From: a virus
Taxonomy: Duplodnaviria > Caudoviricetes
Length of the DNA: 64,000 nucleotides
IMG/VR virus record: IMGVR_UViG_3300037484_000435
Coordinates: 160,001-224,000 of that record
Strand: one strand, 5' to 3'
The stretch's first letter is position 1. Every line of letters begins with the position of its first letter. The notes beneath the pieces were generated by a model. It ran no database searches. It worked only from the letters and a program-made list of their open reading frames with translations, and was not told the origin of the DNA. Shown one piece after another: positions 9,909-20,341 of the stretch. A program made the position numbers and the translations under genes.

Positions 9909-10958
9909 CTAAAGAGGAGCAACTTCTCCTTTCTCCCTATAAAATGACCTAGTACCGCGAACACGGGTATTAATACCACACTTCTTCAAACACCGCTGTA
10001 TCGTAATAAAGGACACATTGAAAATCTGAGAAATCTCTGAAATAGTCATGCCTCTCTCGTAATAATCTACAACCAAGGAATAGTCAGATATCAATAATTT
10101 CCTCCTCGATTCAATAGAACGTGTTACTGACCCACCACCATTAATATACTTAGAGATGGTTGCATGACAAACACCATACTTAGATGCAAGGGATATAGTA
10201 CTTTCTCCCAGTTCATATTGTTTTATGACTGACTCCGCATCCTCCAAAGAAATTATCTTTCGATCATCCTGTCGTTTACCCAATAAACATATTTGTTTAT
10301 TTTCGTTCTCCATTATAGATAAATAGGAATCAAATTTATTCTTCTTTCTTGTTAGGTGGGGGATATCATCAGTATAATACATCCATTTATATAGTTTTTT
10401 AATGTTTTTAAAACTTTTAGTCTGAGCCACCACACACCCCACCCCATTACGAATAAAAAGGTTAATTCCTAATTCCTCCAATAAAAATAACCGCAGCCCT
10501 GTGACAAAATACTTAGATGATGTAATATTCCATATACCAATTAATATAGGAATACCTTTACGATGACCGACACCGTAACTAAAACACCCGTCGCCATCAA
10601 ACACCCCCCTTATAAAATCCACCATTAGTTCATCAGGTATAAAATTGGGGAATTTTAAAATCGACGTCTTTCTTGGTACACAGCCAAAATAGGCTAATTG
10701 ATCACTCAGACGTAGGCTATTGATTTTGAGGCAAGTAGACCTTGACGAATCCATTGGGGATAAAGGTCGGCTACTTCCTAACAAGTCTTTAAAGTATTTG
10801 AGTAAATAACTGTCCGAACTCTGCAAACAGAGAGATACTGCGTTACTACCCCAATGATTGCACCCATCAGCGTACATCATGCCTAAGAAGTAAGATTTCT
10901 CTGGTGTATCCAAAGTATCTAGAAACCCCTCATTTAAAGTATATCTTCTGGGTGACAT
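9909..10958 (-). mobile_element. Free-standing LAGLIDADG endonuclease with C-terminal HTH repeats
   Basis: TPEKSYFLGMMYADG, FIRGVFDGDG; C-terminal YELGESTISLASKYGV and YERGMTISEISQIFNV HTH-like units. Confidence 0.9.
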
Positions 10959-10959
10959 A

Positions 10960-11002
10960 TACCGCTCTCCTCCTTTTTTACTATAAGAAAGAGGTAAGTT
11001 AA
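10960..11002 (-). promoter_or_regulatory. RBS-sequestering hairpin plus upstream TTAACTT motif
   Basis: Minus strand CTCTTTCTT-loop-AAGGAGGAG stem; TACC/GGTA could pair further out. Confidence 0.65.
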
Positions 11003-11060
11003 ATCAAGTATAGTAAAAAATATCTATATGTATAAGTTGACAGCAGGCTAATTGTTTAAC

Positions 11061-11846
11061 CTAAAATAAAGATTTATTCCAGTACAAGACTGCTTCCTCA
11101 TTAGTCGGAAAGTCTTCTCCTGCCCTTTCTAGGTAACTATGAAGTTTGTTAGTATTTATTTGTGCCCTAACTTTGGGAGGATTACCTATCTTGATAATAG
11201 AATTGTTTATCCCCAATAAATCCGCAATTCGTAGAGGGCTGATAGTGTTTTTAGGGGCTACATTAATGATCTCCTTATTATATTGATCGCTAAGCTTAAC
11301 CACTATCCGTGCAAATCGATCAACATGAATATATTGAGCATATGAATCAGGTGTATAATAAAAATAAGGTTCCTTTCTAGTTAAGGCAAATATAACATTC
11401 TTAGTTAACCCCAATCCTGAAAATCCATTGGGACGCACCACAACGAAGTTTGGTGTTTTTTCTTTCACAACAAGTTCCCCTAAATATTTGGATTTACCAT
11501 AGTTACTTAGTGTAATTTCATCTATTTTTACTTTTTCATCTGGGCATCTATAAGTTGATGGATAAACCGCTTGGCTAGAAACATAAATAAATTTCTCAAG
11601 GGAAAAATCCTCAACAGCCATCTCCACCTGTTTGACATTTACGTCGTAGGCATAAGCCCAATCTTCACACAGTTCTTTGGAAGCGGAACCGCCAGCAAAA
11701 AAGACGTTATTAAATTTATGTCCTTTCCATAAGGGGTAATTCTCACGCGTTATACCTATCCACTCTTTATCAGGACATATAACTTTAGCTACCCGTATTA
11801 TTGCACTCCCAATGAAACCCTTGGCCCCTACCACAGCATTAACCAT
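11061..11846 (-). CDS. Extended SDR NAD-dependent epimerase/reductase
   Basis: Start refined to MVNAVVGAKGFIG (GxxGxxG); YVSSQAVY; YGKSK (YxxxK). Confidence 0.85.
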   Translation of the reverse strand: MVNAVVGAKGFIGSAIIRVAKVICPDKEWIGITRENYPLWKGHKFNNVFFAGGSASKELCEDWAYAYDVNVKQVEMAVEDFSLEKFIYVSSQAVYPSTYRCPDEKVKIDEITLSNYGKSKYLGELVVKEKTPNFVVVRPNGFSGLGLTKNVIFALTRKEPYFYYTPDSYAQYIHVDRFARIVVKLSDQYNKEIINVAPKNTISPLRIADLLGINNSIIKIGNPPKVRAQINTNKLHSYLERAGEDFPTNEEAVLYWNKSLF

Positions 11847-11851
11847 ACTCT

Positions 11852-12337
11852 TTACTCCTTGTATCCGACCTGCTCCTCCAACCATGCCCGCGTCTCAGGA
11901 GCCAGTAATATTACTTCCTTGTTCATCTCGTAATAAGGCAGAACGTTGTTATCCCCGAACCTTATACGTTGGGTAGACCTCCAGTCCGCAAGCATTTCTC
12001 TTCTGTAAGTCTCGGGCATTTCTATTGGGTAAGTAATGCCCTTCTGGTCGTCAGTATACTGCCAATAAGTCCAGTGGTGCGGATTTCGCTTATGCGTGTG
12101 TAAAAACCAAGACATTCCAAACCCACGATCATTCTTGTTGGTTCCCCCACCCTCTTCAGCCATTTGTTTATACTTCCATTCCGCGTAACCGAACCATTCT
12201 GATGGTAGAAGTTTAGACCAGTCATGGATAATTAGACGCCATATAGGAAGACCTAACTTACGCCCCTCGCTGTAAACATAGTATTTATGCTTCATAAGAT
12301 ACGTTAAGTACTCAATATGAACTTTTAGTTTAGTCAT
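11852..12337 (-). CDS. DUF5662-like HD-type metal-binding protein
   Basis: KHK, IHDWSK, H..RNPHH, EMLADW pattern. Confidence 0.7.
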   Translation of the reverse strand: MTKLKVHIEYLTYLMKHKYYVYSEGRKLGLPIWRLIIHDWSKLLPSEWFGYAEWKYKQMAEEGGGTNKNDRGFGMSWFLHTHKRNPHHWTYWQYTDDQKGITYPIEMPETYRREMLADWRSTQRIRFGDNNVLPYYEMNKEVILLAPETRAWLEEQVGYKE

Positions 12338-12341
12338 TTAA

Positions 12342-13112
12342 TTAACCGTGTCTCCTTCCTGTCCACTTACGAATTAAATCTTTGTCTCTTTGGCGGGGTA
12401 TAAACTCTGCTAAGGGTTCTATGTCTTCATATCCATCACATTCATAGTCTAAATCCATCGAGCATGTCTGACATTTAGGACACCTTAATTTTCCATCCTC
12501 AAACCCTTCCCCAAAAAGCCGCCCGATTTCACCTTCTATTCGGGAAATAATAGGTGTGCCTTCTGGAAAGGGAAAAACCTCATCTGTTCCTATATCAGTC
12601 CTCGCTAATAGTCGTGTAAGAATACCCTGACCTTCAACTTTAATATCTATTAAATGCAGCTTATCATAAATCTCACAGTTGCAGTCAGGCCACGAGAAGC
12701 AGTACTCCACAAAATAATTACGACTAGTCACAAAGTAAAATTCAAATACCTTTATATATTTGATATGTGTTTTTTGAGGGCTACCATAAGAGATGCCTTC
12801 TTCTCCTCTGGTTTCCCTAAAGTTTCTGAAGTTCATTGTTCTTGGCTCAATAAAAAAGTCAACGTCTTCCAGAGTGTAAGTCCTCCCGAATCTCCTCGCT
12901 ACTTCTTCTATCTCTTCATTTAGCTCGGTTGCCATTAAAATAATATTTTGCTCAAGTTCAGTTTGTTCCTCTTCTAACTGTCGCGACCGAATAATGAGAC
13001 CCTTAACTCTTTGGTTCATATCGTAGAGCTTTCTATAAGATTCATCAAACGCTTCCGCGACCCAGTCTTTTCTTTCCTCATATCTAAAATCAAGTTTTTC
13101 CATCATCACCAA
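12342..13112 (-). CDS. Hypothetical protein with N-terminal coiled coil
   Basis: ORF track; E/K/L-rich N-terminus; CPKC near the C-terminus. Confidence 0.6.
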   Translation of the reverse strand: MVMMEKLDFRYEERKDWVAEAFDESYRKLYDMNQRVKGLIIRSRQLEEEQTELEQNIILMATELNEEIEEVARRFGRTYTLEDVDFFIEPRTMNFRNFRETRGEEGISYGSPQKTHIKYIKVFEFYFVTSRNYFVEYCFSWPDCNCEIYDKLHLIDIKVEGQGILTRLLARTDIGTDEVFPFPEGTPIISRIEGEIGRLFGEGFEDGKLRCPKCQTCSMDLDYECDGYEDIEPLAEFIPRQRDKDLIRKWTGRRHG

Positions 13113-13816
13113 GTCTCCTTATCAAAATAATCTACTCCGCACATAATATAATCCACCAAATTAACAATCATATGTAAAATCATTATATGTGTCTCTTGAA
13201 TTATTGGGGTATCCTCAGAATCTACATTAATAATGTAGTCAGGTCTTATTATTACCTCTACAGGTTTATAGTGGTATGAAACCCTCTTATCATAGGTATA
13301 ACGGGTCTTAAATTTTCCAGTCAATAAAACCGTTGTCAATCCCGCATTTCTAGCGGCCTCTATAGCTGTCAGTATACTCCTCGACTTACCACTGGTAGAG
13401 ATCCCTACAAAGACATCCCCCCTCTTGCCGAGTCCTTTTACTTGTTTTTTAAAAACCTCGTCAAAACCATGGTCATTAGATATTGCGGTCATAGTGGCGG
13501 TCATGGCAGAGAGGTCAACTGCGGGCAAGGGATCTGTACGTTTTGCTGATAGTTGGTTATTAAATTCCCCACAAAAATGAGCAGAATCACTAGAGGATCC
13601 CCCGCACCCGCAACTTAGAACTTTTTTATCGTCCTGAAAAGCCCTAGCAATTTCCATAGCGACAGCATAAATCTGTCCCTGCATCCAATCAGCTCGCCAC
13701 AAATCTTCCTTTAACCTAATAGATGCCCGTATCCACCTCTTTATCATACTCTTAGCCTGACTCATTTTAGCTAGCTCTATCTGACGTTCCAGTGTTTCTA
13801 TAGAATTAAATCCCAT
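13106..13816 (-). CDS. gmhA: Sedoheptulose-7-phosphate isomerase (SIS domain)
   Basis: Start refined to 13816 (AAGGAG RBS). KVLSCGCGGSSSDSAHF, TAISNDHGFDEVF..QV..LG..GDV..GISTSG, QETHIMILH. Confidence 0.92.
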   Translation of the reverse strand: MGFNSIETLERQIELAKMSQAKSMIKRWIRASIRLKEDLWRADWMQGQIYAVAMEIARAFQDDKKVLSCGCGGSSSDSAHFCGEFNNQLSAKRTDPLPAVDLSAMTATMTAISNDHGFDEVFKKQVKGLGKRGDVFVGISTSGKSRSILTAIEAARNAGLTTVLLTGKFKTRYTYDKRVSYHYKPVEVIIRPDYIINVDSEDTPIIQETHIMILHMIVNLVDYIMCGVDYFDKETW

Positions 13817-14738
13817 TAAAATTACTCCTTTGTCCTTGCTGATGTTCATGGGGGCAATACCCAAAGTAACCCTCTGAAAAGTTACAGTTCAAACAAAGAA
13901 CCTGAAACCCCAGAGGGTAATTATTTGTGTGTAACCACCGATAAAAATGTAAGCCTTTACCGTCTCCTGTTTCTCTGCGGTGTTGATTTCCCAGACCCTC
14001 TATGTGATCAATGGATAATAAATCAATATTAGTTTCACCACAACAACTGCATACAATTTCGTTACTGTAATGGGCCATCACTTCTATTTTTAATTTTTGA
14101 TCATAATCATTTTGTCTATGGCATTGTATGCACATGGTGTTGTGTCTATTGCGATCTTTCCTATAGTAAAACTGTCCCAAATCTTTTTCTTCCCCACATT
14201 TACTACAAACCTGTGTTTTACCTATGCGAGGATATTCCCTCTTCTTTGATGTATTGTGCAGAAGATGCTTCAAGTGATTACAATTGAAACATAACAACTG
14301 AAAGGTTTTTGGAAAACCATGCTCCTTTAACCACTTGTATAAAGATCTCCCTGTTCCATGTTCCTTATTTGCCCTTTTTATAGAACCATCATTGTTCACA
14401 TGGTCAATACAAAGGAACTCTATATGATCAGTACCACATAAATTACATTTTCCCCCGTAGACCTGAATAACCTCTGCTTTCAATTTGTAGTCTCTCACTA
14501 AATTATCATGGGTACTTTGGCGGGGATCCAAATACTTCGGTAGACATTTTCCACAGTACTGCCTTCGTCCAATAAGCTCTGTGTTGCACTTTCGGCATAC
14601 ATGCGGAACGCGAAGTGATTCTCTTCTTAATTTATCATAAATCACCTTGCATTTTCTACAAACATTCGGAGAAGAAGCGTTGCTTGGTGAAAAGTATTCA
14701 CCACATTTAATGCATTTGCGAGTGGCCCTAGGACCCAT
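13806..14738 (-). mobile_element. Tandem two-domain HNH-like endonuclease with zinc fingers
   Basis: Two copies of C..CG...L.IDH...G....LY.WL....P..FQ.LC.NCN; start refined to ATG 14738 (AGGAGA RBS). Confidence 0.75.
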
Positions 14739-15720
14739 GTGATATTCTCCTTGCCGTTGTACCGGTAAAGTCAAATTCAACTTCTAATGTTTTTAATGGT
14801 GACACCATCTGTTTTATCTGTTCCAAAGAGTCAGGGGAAGCCAAACACAGCATCAATCCCCTACCTGCTCCCCCACCCACCAATCTGACTGCTGATTTGC
14901 TATCCACATCATTTACCATCTTTTCTATAAAACCTACTACATCATTAACCATGGTAGGTGATAGCTTTTTCTTCATCTCCCAGGACTCTTTCATAGGTTC
15001 TAGCAACATGAGAGGATGGAAATCTGGTTGTATCATTATAGCGTGCATTTCTTGCACTAATCTTTTTATACGTAAAGTCTCGTCTAAGGTTTCTCCACAC
15101 TTGAGTAGAGCAAGTTGGTCCTGCAACGCCTTCGATGAGTCGCCTGTGTTACCTGTGTATATAAGTAACATGTGTTTCTTAAATAACTCTAAAGATTCAT
15201 TGGACAAAACAACAGGGCTCCGCCTAATATTATAAGGATGGCCTTCTAGGTAGTTAATGCCAGACCACACAACTGCCCCATCTTGAAATCCCCCAGCATG
15301 ACTACACAGTTCTCTTTCTAATTTGTAAACTTGATCGAACAGCAGTTCACTGGAGATGGCGGTGTTCTTATAAAGATAAAGGCCTTTCAAAAGTGTAGCA
15401 ACCATTGCTGTAGATGTACCCAAACCCAATTTATGCGGGCAATCAGAAGAATATATTATTTCCAGCGGGTCTTTAATTCCTACCATTTTTATGGCTTGTT
15501 TAACAATACATAAACCTATATCATCTACATCGTTACAGAGTTCAGTCTTAGAGTAAGAGACCCTATATTTGGATTCCTCTAAGTCATTACGCTGACGTAT
15601 CATAATATAGACACGCTTATTTATGCAAAAACTTAAACTAACTCCCCCAAACCTCTCCGCTATTGGGGAATGGTCTGCGGACCCTAAAGAGACGCGTAAA
15701 GACGACGAACTTAAAATCAT
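14728..15720 (-). CDS. hddA: GHMP kinase, D-glycero-alpha-D-manno-heptose-7-phosphate kinase-like (divergent)
   Basis: LRVSLG, YRVSYSKTE, GLGTSTA ATP loop, GGFQDGA, Gly-rich C-terminal loop; lies next to gmhA and hddC. Confidence 0.82.
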   Translation of the reverse strand: MILSSSSLRVSLGSADHSPIAERFGGVSLSFCINKRVYIMIRQRNDLEESKYRVSYSKTELCNDVDDIGLCIVKQAIKMVGIKDPLEIIYSSDCPHKLGLGTSTAMVATLLKGLYLYKNTAISSELLFDQVYKLERELCSHAGGFQDGAVVWSGINYLEGHPYNIRRSPVVLSNESLELFKKHMLLIYTGNTGDSSKALQDQLALLKCGETLDETLRIKRLVQEMHAIMIQPDFHPLMLLEPMKESWEMKKKLSPTMVNDVVGFIEKMVNDVDSKSAVRLVGGGAGRGLMLCLASPDSLEQIKQMVSPLKTLEVEFDFTGTTARRISHGS

Positions 15721-15754
15721 ACCTATCCTCCTGTCATCAATTAAATATCAAAAA

Positions 15755-16483
15755 CTATATCTGTAAGTTATTAATCCTCTCTGTTGTCCCTATGTCTACT
15801 TTATCCCCTGGGTGTGTCTCTACTAAAAAGAATAGTTCGTCTTTTACCCAATTTGGTAAAAGGTCATATTCAAGGGAGCATACCTCTGGAACGTCATCGA
15901 ATAGGGATTTATTAAACAAGTAACACCCTAAGTTTACCCACTCTGTGTTCCTATTTTTCTCTTCAAAAGATGTTATTAGCCTCGCTCTATATCCCCGCAT
16001 CCATAAGGTTGACTCCTCCTCTACCCCTACTGACCCAAAGGAACCATCATTATTACCTTTATACCCGAGTATACAATTCTCGGCAAGACCTAAATTAGAC
16101 ACCATAGGTAGTTTAGGTTTAAAAACTATACTGTCTCCGTTAACTACCATTACCCGCGGATTCTTTGAAAGTATATTTGAATGCTTCAATGCACACTTAA
16201 TCGCCCCTCCAGTTCCTCGTGGGTAGTCTTCCACAACAGCCTGAAAGTAACCGTAGCGTCTTTGTGGTAGACTCAAGCTGGTTTCCAAATAATCAACTAT
16301 CTGATCACCTTGAATTCCAGCCGCGAATACAATACTCTTGACTCCTTGAATAAGAAGTGCATCAATAAGATGGGCAATGAATGGCTCGCCATCTATGGGA
16401 ATTAAAATTTTAGGAATCTTGCCATTAGTAAATTCTTTAACACGACTCCCTCGGCCCCCTGCGAGGACAATACAGTCACACAT
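15755..16483 (-). CDS. hddC: Sugar-phosphate nucleotidyltransferase, heptose-1-phosphate guanylyltransferase-like
   Basis: IVLAGGRGSR..PKILIPIDGEPF, GTGGAI, VVNGDS, EEK, NLGCY, SLEYD, DIGT; context with gmhA/hddA. Confidence 0.8.
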   Translation of the reverse strand: MCDCIVLAGGRGSRVKEFTNGKIPKILIPIDGEPFIAHLIDALLIQGVKSIVFAAGIQGDQIVDYLETSLSLPQRRYGYFQAVVEDYPRGTGGAIKCALKHSNILSKNPRVMVVNGDSIVFKPKLPMVSNLGLAENCILGYKGNNDGSFGSVGVEEESTLWMRGYRARLITSFEEKNRNTEWVNLGCYLFNKSLFDDVPEVCSLEYDLLPNWVKDELFFLVETHPGDKVDIGTTERINNLQI

Positions 16484-17528
16484 GATTCCCCCTTCGTTTT
16501 CTATTAATAGGGATATTATTCAATAAGAGTAATTTTCTGACTACCCTGTGGCTTGTATGATATTTTGTTTCTAATTGAGACTGAGTTACACCCATTTTGT
16601 AATCTTCAATTAATGTAAGTTCTTGCTGAGGCGTAAGATTATAAACAGACTTGGGTCTTCTTTTTACACCGAGCCTTTCTAAATGTTGTAAAACATTGGG
16701 CTGAGAAATATCAAACTTTTTTGATAATACTAGAGCTGATTCCCCCGATATATACAAATCTTTTAATAATTCTTCATCCGTCTCAGAGATGTTATATTTA
16801 TACCTAGTCTTATTTAAAAATTCCCATCTAATATCTCGGTTTCCTAACATCTGACACATATATAAGTATTTACTGTGTTTTCTTTCAAGGTACAAACTAG
16901 TCTTCATATCACCATACATCCAACCCATAAGGGTCTTTATATTTTTCTTTGAGTTAGTTTTTATATTCGCAATCTTATTTCTTTCTTGATATAAAAGAGG
17001 TGTAATATCTAAGCGTCGTTCTAGGTAATCTTTGCATCTTTTACAAAACGCATAGGATGAGGTGATAGACCAAGAGGCCTTCATTACATTACTTCCTCTA
17101 TTATTCTCTTGATACAAACTAATGCTCCCATCTCCATCAAACACCCCACGAATAAAATGTGGTGTCAATTCCTCACTAATAAACGTAGGGAACTGTAAGG
17201 TTAATGATTTATTGGGATAACATCCCCACCCCACTAACTTGTCAGACATATATTTACTAGAAAACCGTAATTGATATTGGTTTTGCCTGTTACCAGCTGT
17301 TATTCTATACGCCAATTCCCATTTATCATTATAAATTAAATCCCTAAGTTTTTCGAGAATTTCCTTATCTCTTTCCTGTAAAGAAATTACCACGTGACTA
17401 CTAGCAGGTCGGTTATACCCATCTGCGTATAAAAATCCTAAAAAATAAGCCTTTTCTTCGGTATCAATAGCATCAAAGAAATGCTCATTAATATTATAAA
17501 TCCTGTTGTGATAATTCGACTTACTCAT
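16476..17528 (-). mobile_element. Free-standing LAGLIDADG endonuclease with C-terminal HTH repeats
   Basis: IDTEEKAYFLGFLYADG, FIRGVFDGDG; ATG overlaps the upstream TGA. Confidence 0.9.
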
Positions 17529-18403
17529 TTGCCCTCTAACCACTCACACTCATAGAGTATTTTAAACATTTCTTCAGGCATATCCTTCTTCGCATCCATA
17601 ACCGAGCGTAAATCCAAAGCACCTGGGGGCGCTTGATACCAAGCATAAGTCTTAACAAAGGCATGTTCAATGTCTGCTAAGTAACGTTGATATAGTTGGT
17701 AAACGTAGTTATGCTTATAGTAAGAACCCGTAAACATAAGCGTCTGTCCCAGTGGTAGATTTATGTCTTTTATTGTGTCCAATTCCTCTAATAGTTTAGC
17801 TCTCCTTCCTTCTGAAAAAAGATAAAGCCCCTTAATCTTTTCTTGGTCGGACCTATACTTTACTGATAACATGGGGTCCCAGTTAGTCATGGTTATTGGG
17901 CGGAGTACTGTATTAAAGATATTCTCAGGTAAATTTATTGCTTCATCTATTAGCAAAGTGTGACACCTATAACCTTTAAAATAACGACCACAGTTACCAT
18001 CTAAAGAAAAAGACCTAATGTTTGAAAATATCTGGTCCTCTCGATTATGTGTACCGTGGAAAGTAACGTCCCACCGATCGTTCTCTATGCTGTAATTCCT
18101 AATTGACGTCATCAGCACTGGAGAATTCTTAATAATATTTACCATATAGTCAAAAATAATCCTAGACTGTCTCCAAGAAGGGCTAAAACAAGCCACCCGT
18201 TTGCCAGGCCCTGCCCAAGCGGAAAGCAATGCATAAGCAGCTATAAGAAAGCTTTTACCCCACCCAGGATAAGTAACCACTAGGCCACGATTCTTGCCCC
18301 AAGCTGTTTTTACAACATCTTCTTGGGCAGGCATAAGGTCTACATTCAAGACAGTGCGGTAAAGAGCACCTAAATCTTCTGCTAAAATTTCATTTCGAAA
18401 CAT
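17525..18403 (-). CDS. Terminase large-subunit-like ATPase domain lacking the nuclease domain
   Basis: PAQ (Q motif), PGWGKS Walker A, SPSWRQS..IF, KGYRCHTLLIDEA Walker B, MFTGS; ends at F..LYECEW, where the TerL nuclease linker would start. Confidence 0.65.
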   Translation of the reverse strand: MFRNEILAEDLGALYRTVLNVDLMPAQEDVVKTAWGKNRGLVVTYPGWGKSFLIAAYALLSAWAGPGKRVACFSPSWRQSRIIFDYMVNIIKNSPVLMTSIRNYSIENDRWDVTFHGTHNREDQIFSNIRSFSLDGNCGRYFKGYRCHTLLIDEAINLPENIFNTVLRPITMTNWDPMLSVKYRSDQEKIKGLYLFSEGRRAKLLEELDTIKDINLPLGQTLMFTGSYYKHNYVYQLYQRYLADIEHAFVKTYAWYQAPPGALDLRSVMDAKKDMPEEMFKILYECEWLEGK

Positions 18404-18775
18404 TTATTTTACTCCTGCACACTGCGAACAAGCATCGTTTTCTCCACAACTACAAGACGCATCTCGGGCACCATCCATATCGATTAAGTATTGATTTACT
18501 TCTGCCATCAACCCATCTTGGTTAAATATTATGAAGAGGGGACCATTAGTGACCCACTCTCTTATCCATTGTTCAGCGTATTCTATCTGCCTGTCAGTAG
18601 GATTATCTCCCCTTTTTAATTCGTAAGCTTTAAAAGCCTGAATAAAATCTTCTGTACAAAAAGCGACCTCCGAGTCACCCTCATTCTTTTCGCTGCCCAC
18701 ACAACTAATGTGGTCTACGGAACGAAATAGTTCCAACATTGCATTTAAAAATCTTTGCTTATCTAGTATTTGCAT
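18404..18775 (-). CDS. Hypothetical protein
   Basis: ORF track; abuts neighbours. Confidence 0.55.
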   Translation of the reverse strand: MQILDKQRFLNAMLELFRSVDHISCVGSEKNEGDSEVAFCTEDFIQAFKAYELKRGDNPTDRQIEYAEQWIREWVTNGPLFIIFNQDGLMAEVNQYLIDMDGARDASCSCGENDACSQCAGVK

Positions 18776-19078
18776 TTAATCTCCTAAAAAATTCTCTAAA
18801 CAAAATTGTTGAATTAGTTCAACTAAAACATCCCCATGGCATAACTTCGGCTTGCAGCTACAAACAAGGACCTTTCCCTGCAGACTGCAGAGGCTATTCA
18901 TAATTTGTGGGTTAGACAGTGCATAAGGCAGGTACAACTTAACCGCTTCCTCTCTAGTGTCCACATTGACCCCTACAATATAGGGATTCCCAAAGACAGT
19001 GCCACGCCCAATATATATGTATTTGGGGTCTGCAAGGTCATAGGGCTCTTTATGTCTATTCACAACTATCGTTTTCAT
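18776..19078 (-). CDS. DUF4326-domain protein
   Basis: YIGRGTVFGNPY, REEAV..Y, L.GK.L.C.C.P..CHGDVL. Confidence 0.8.
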   Translation of the reverse strand: MKTIVVNRHKEPYDLADPKYIYIGRGTVFGNPYIVGVNVDTREEAVKLYLPYALSNPQIMNSLCSLQGKVLVCSCKPKLCHGDVLVELIQQFCLENFLGD

Positions 19079-19707
19079 AAGACAAATTCTTTCACACCCC
19101 TAAAACCTACCCTATGTAGAGGGGTAATGCCATGTTCTCTTATCATTTCCTTGTGGAATTTTGTTGGGTAACCCTTGTTCTGTTGCCACCCGTATTCGGG
19201 GAACTGCTCCGACAAAGTATCCATAAGCCTGTCTCTAGTAACTTTGGCCAGAACGCTGGCCGCAGCAATAGATAGAGATTTTTGGTCACCCTTAACAATT
19301 GATTCTTGTGGTATTGCGGTTTGAAGAGGTTTATTCCCATCAATTAAAATGTAATTGGGTTGCGGATTTAATTGGGAAATTGATTCTAACATGGCCAGTC
19401 GGCCCGCCCAATAGATATTTATGTTATTTATGGTCTCTACCGAAACTATACTGATACCATAACTAAGGGCTTTCTCAATTATAATGGGATAGAGGTCTTC
19501 CCTCTGCTCGGGTGATAGTAATTTAGAATCAGTCAATCCTTTAATGAAAGTTACACCCTCATCAAATATAACCGCCGCAGCCGTACAAGGGCCCGCGAGG
19601 GGACCTAGACCTGCCTCATCGGTCCCCGCGATTAATCCATATCCTGCTTGTCGTAAAATTTTTTCTCGAAAAAACGTAGGTTTAGCCTTCTCCGACTGCC
19701 TCGTCAT
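19075..19707 (-). CDS. rnhB: Ribonuclease HII
   Basis: AGTDEAG.GPLAGP..AAAV, DSK.LS, ILIDG, KGD..S.SIAAASVLAKV.RD, NKGYPT..H, HR..F. Confidence 0.95.
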   Translation of the reverse strand: MTRQSEKAKPTFFREKILRQAGYGLIAGTDEAGLGPLAGPCTAAAVIFDEGVTFIKGLTDSKLLSPEQREDLYPIIIEKALSYGISIVSVETINNINIYWAGRLAMLESISQLNPQPNYILIDGNKPLQTAIPQESIVKGDQKSLSIAAASVLAKVTRDRLMDTLSEQFPEYGWQQNKGYPTKFHKEMIREHGITPLHRVGFRGVKEFVL

Positions 19708-19972
19708 ATTGAACTCCTTCCTGCTCCGCCCATTCCCGTATGTTTTTGTCTAAGCAAGATGACCAAAAGGCACACACAGTTTCGGTACAATCTTCGTAAC
19801 CTCTGGCATAACAATCTGAAACATACTCTCTATGTTGCCTTCGCCACACTAACTCTTTTTGTTTTTCTCTTAAGCATTTTCTGCAAAATCCGTGGCTAAT
19901 GTTATCGTCCCCTGCCGTTAAATTTCCCCATTGAACTCCACAATGGATGCATTGGTACTTTAAAGGACTCAT
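19682..19972 (-). CDS. Cys-rich hypothetical protein
   Basis: CIHC, SHGFCRKC, further Cys cluster. Confidence 0.55.
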   Translation of the reverse strand: MSPLKYQCIHCGVQWGNLTAGDDNISHGFCRKCLREKQKELVWRRQHREYVSDCYARGYEDCTETVCAFWSSCLDKNIREWAEQEGVQYDEAVGEG

Positions 19973-20073
19973 GCTATCGCCTCCTAGACTAATAGAGAGG
20001 CTTATTCCAATTCAGGATCGCCTCCCTACTTGATGGCATTAAGGTATTTAAAACTTTCAAGATATACTCCGGT

Positions 20074-20337
20074 TTACACCATGCCGCGTTTACGGAGAAT
20101 AAGCCCCTGTATAGGTTCTAAATTTTGTGCCTCGTCCCCTAGCTCCAACCCTATTGAGGTTATTTCATGGTCTGTGATGTCAGAGGTAACGCTTTCCATT
20201 AATCCCATAAAAGCACAGAAATGTCTGATTCCTCCCATACTCTTCGCAAGCTCAACTTGCTCCTCTGGAGATTTTGAATCCCAGTTCCTCTTTATAAAAC
20301 GTTTAGCTAATTGATATTCTCTAATATACATTATCAT
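20074..20337 (-). CDS. Hypothetical protein
   Basis: ORF track, start refined to avoid overlap. Confidence 0.5.
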   Translation of the reverse strand: MIMYIREYQLAKRFIKRNWDSKSPEEQVELAKSMGGIRHFCAFMGLMESVTSDITDHEITSIGLELGDEAQNLEPIQGLILRKRGMV

Positions 20338-20341
20338 TCCC

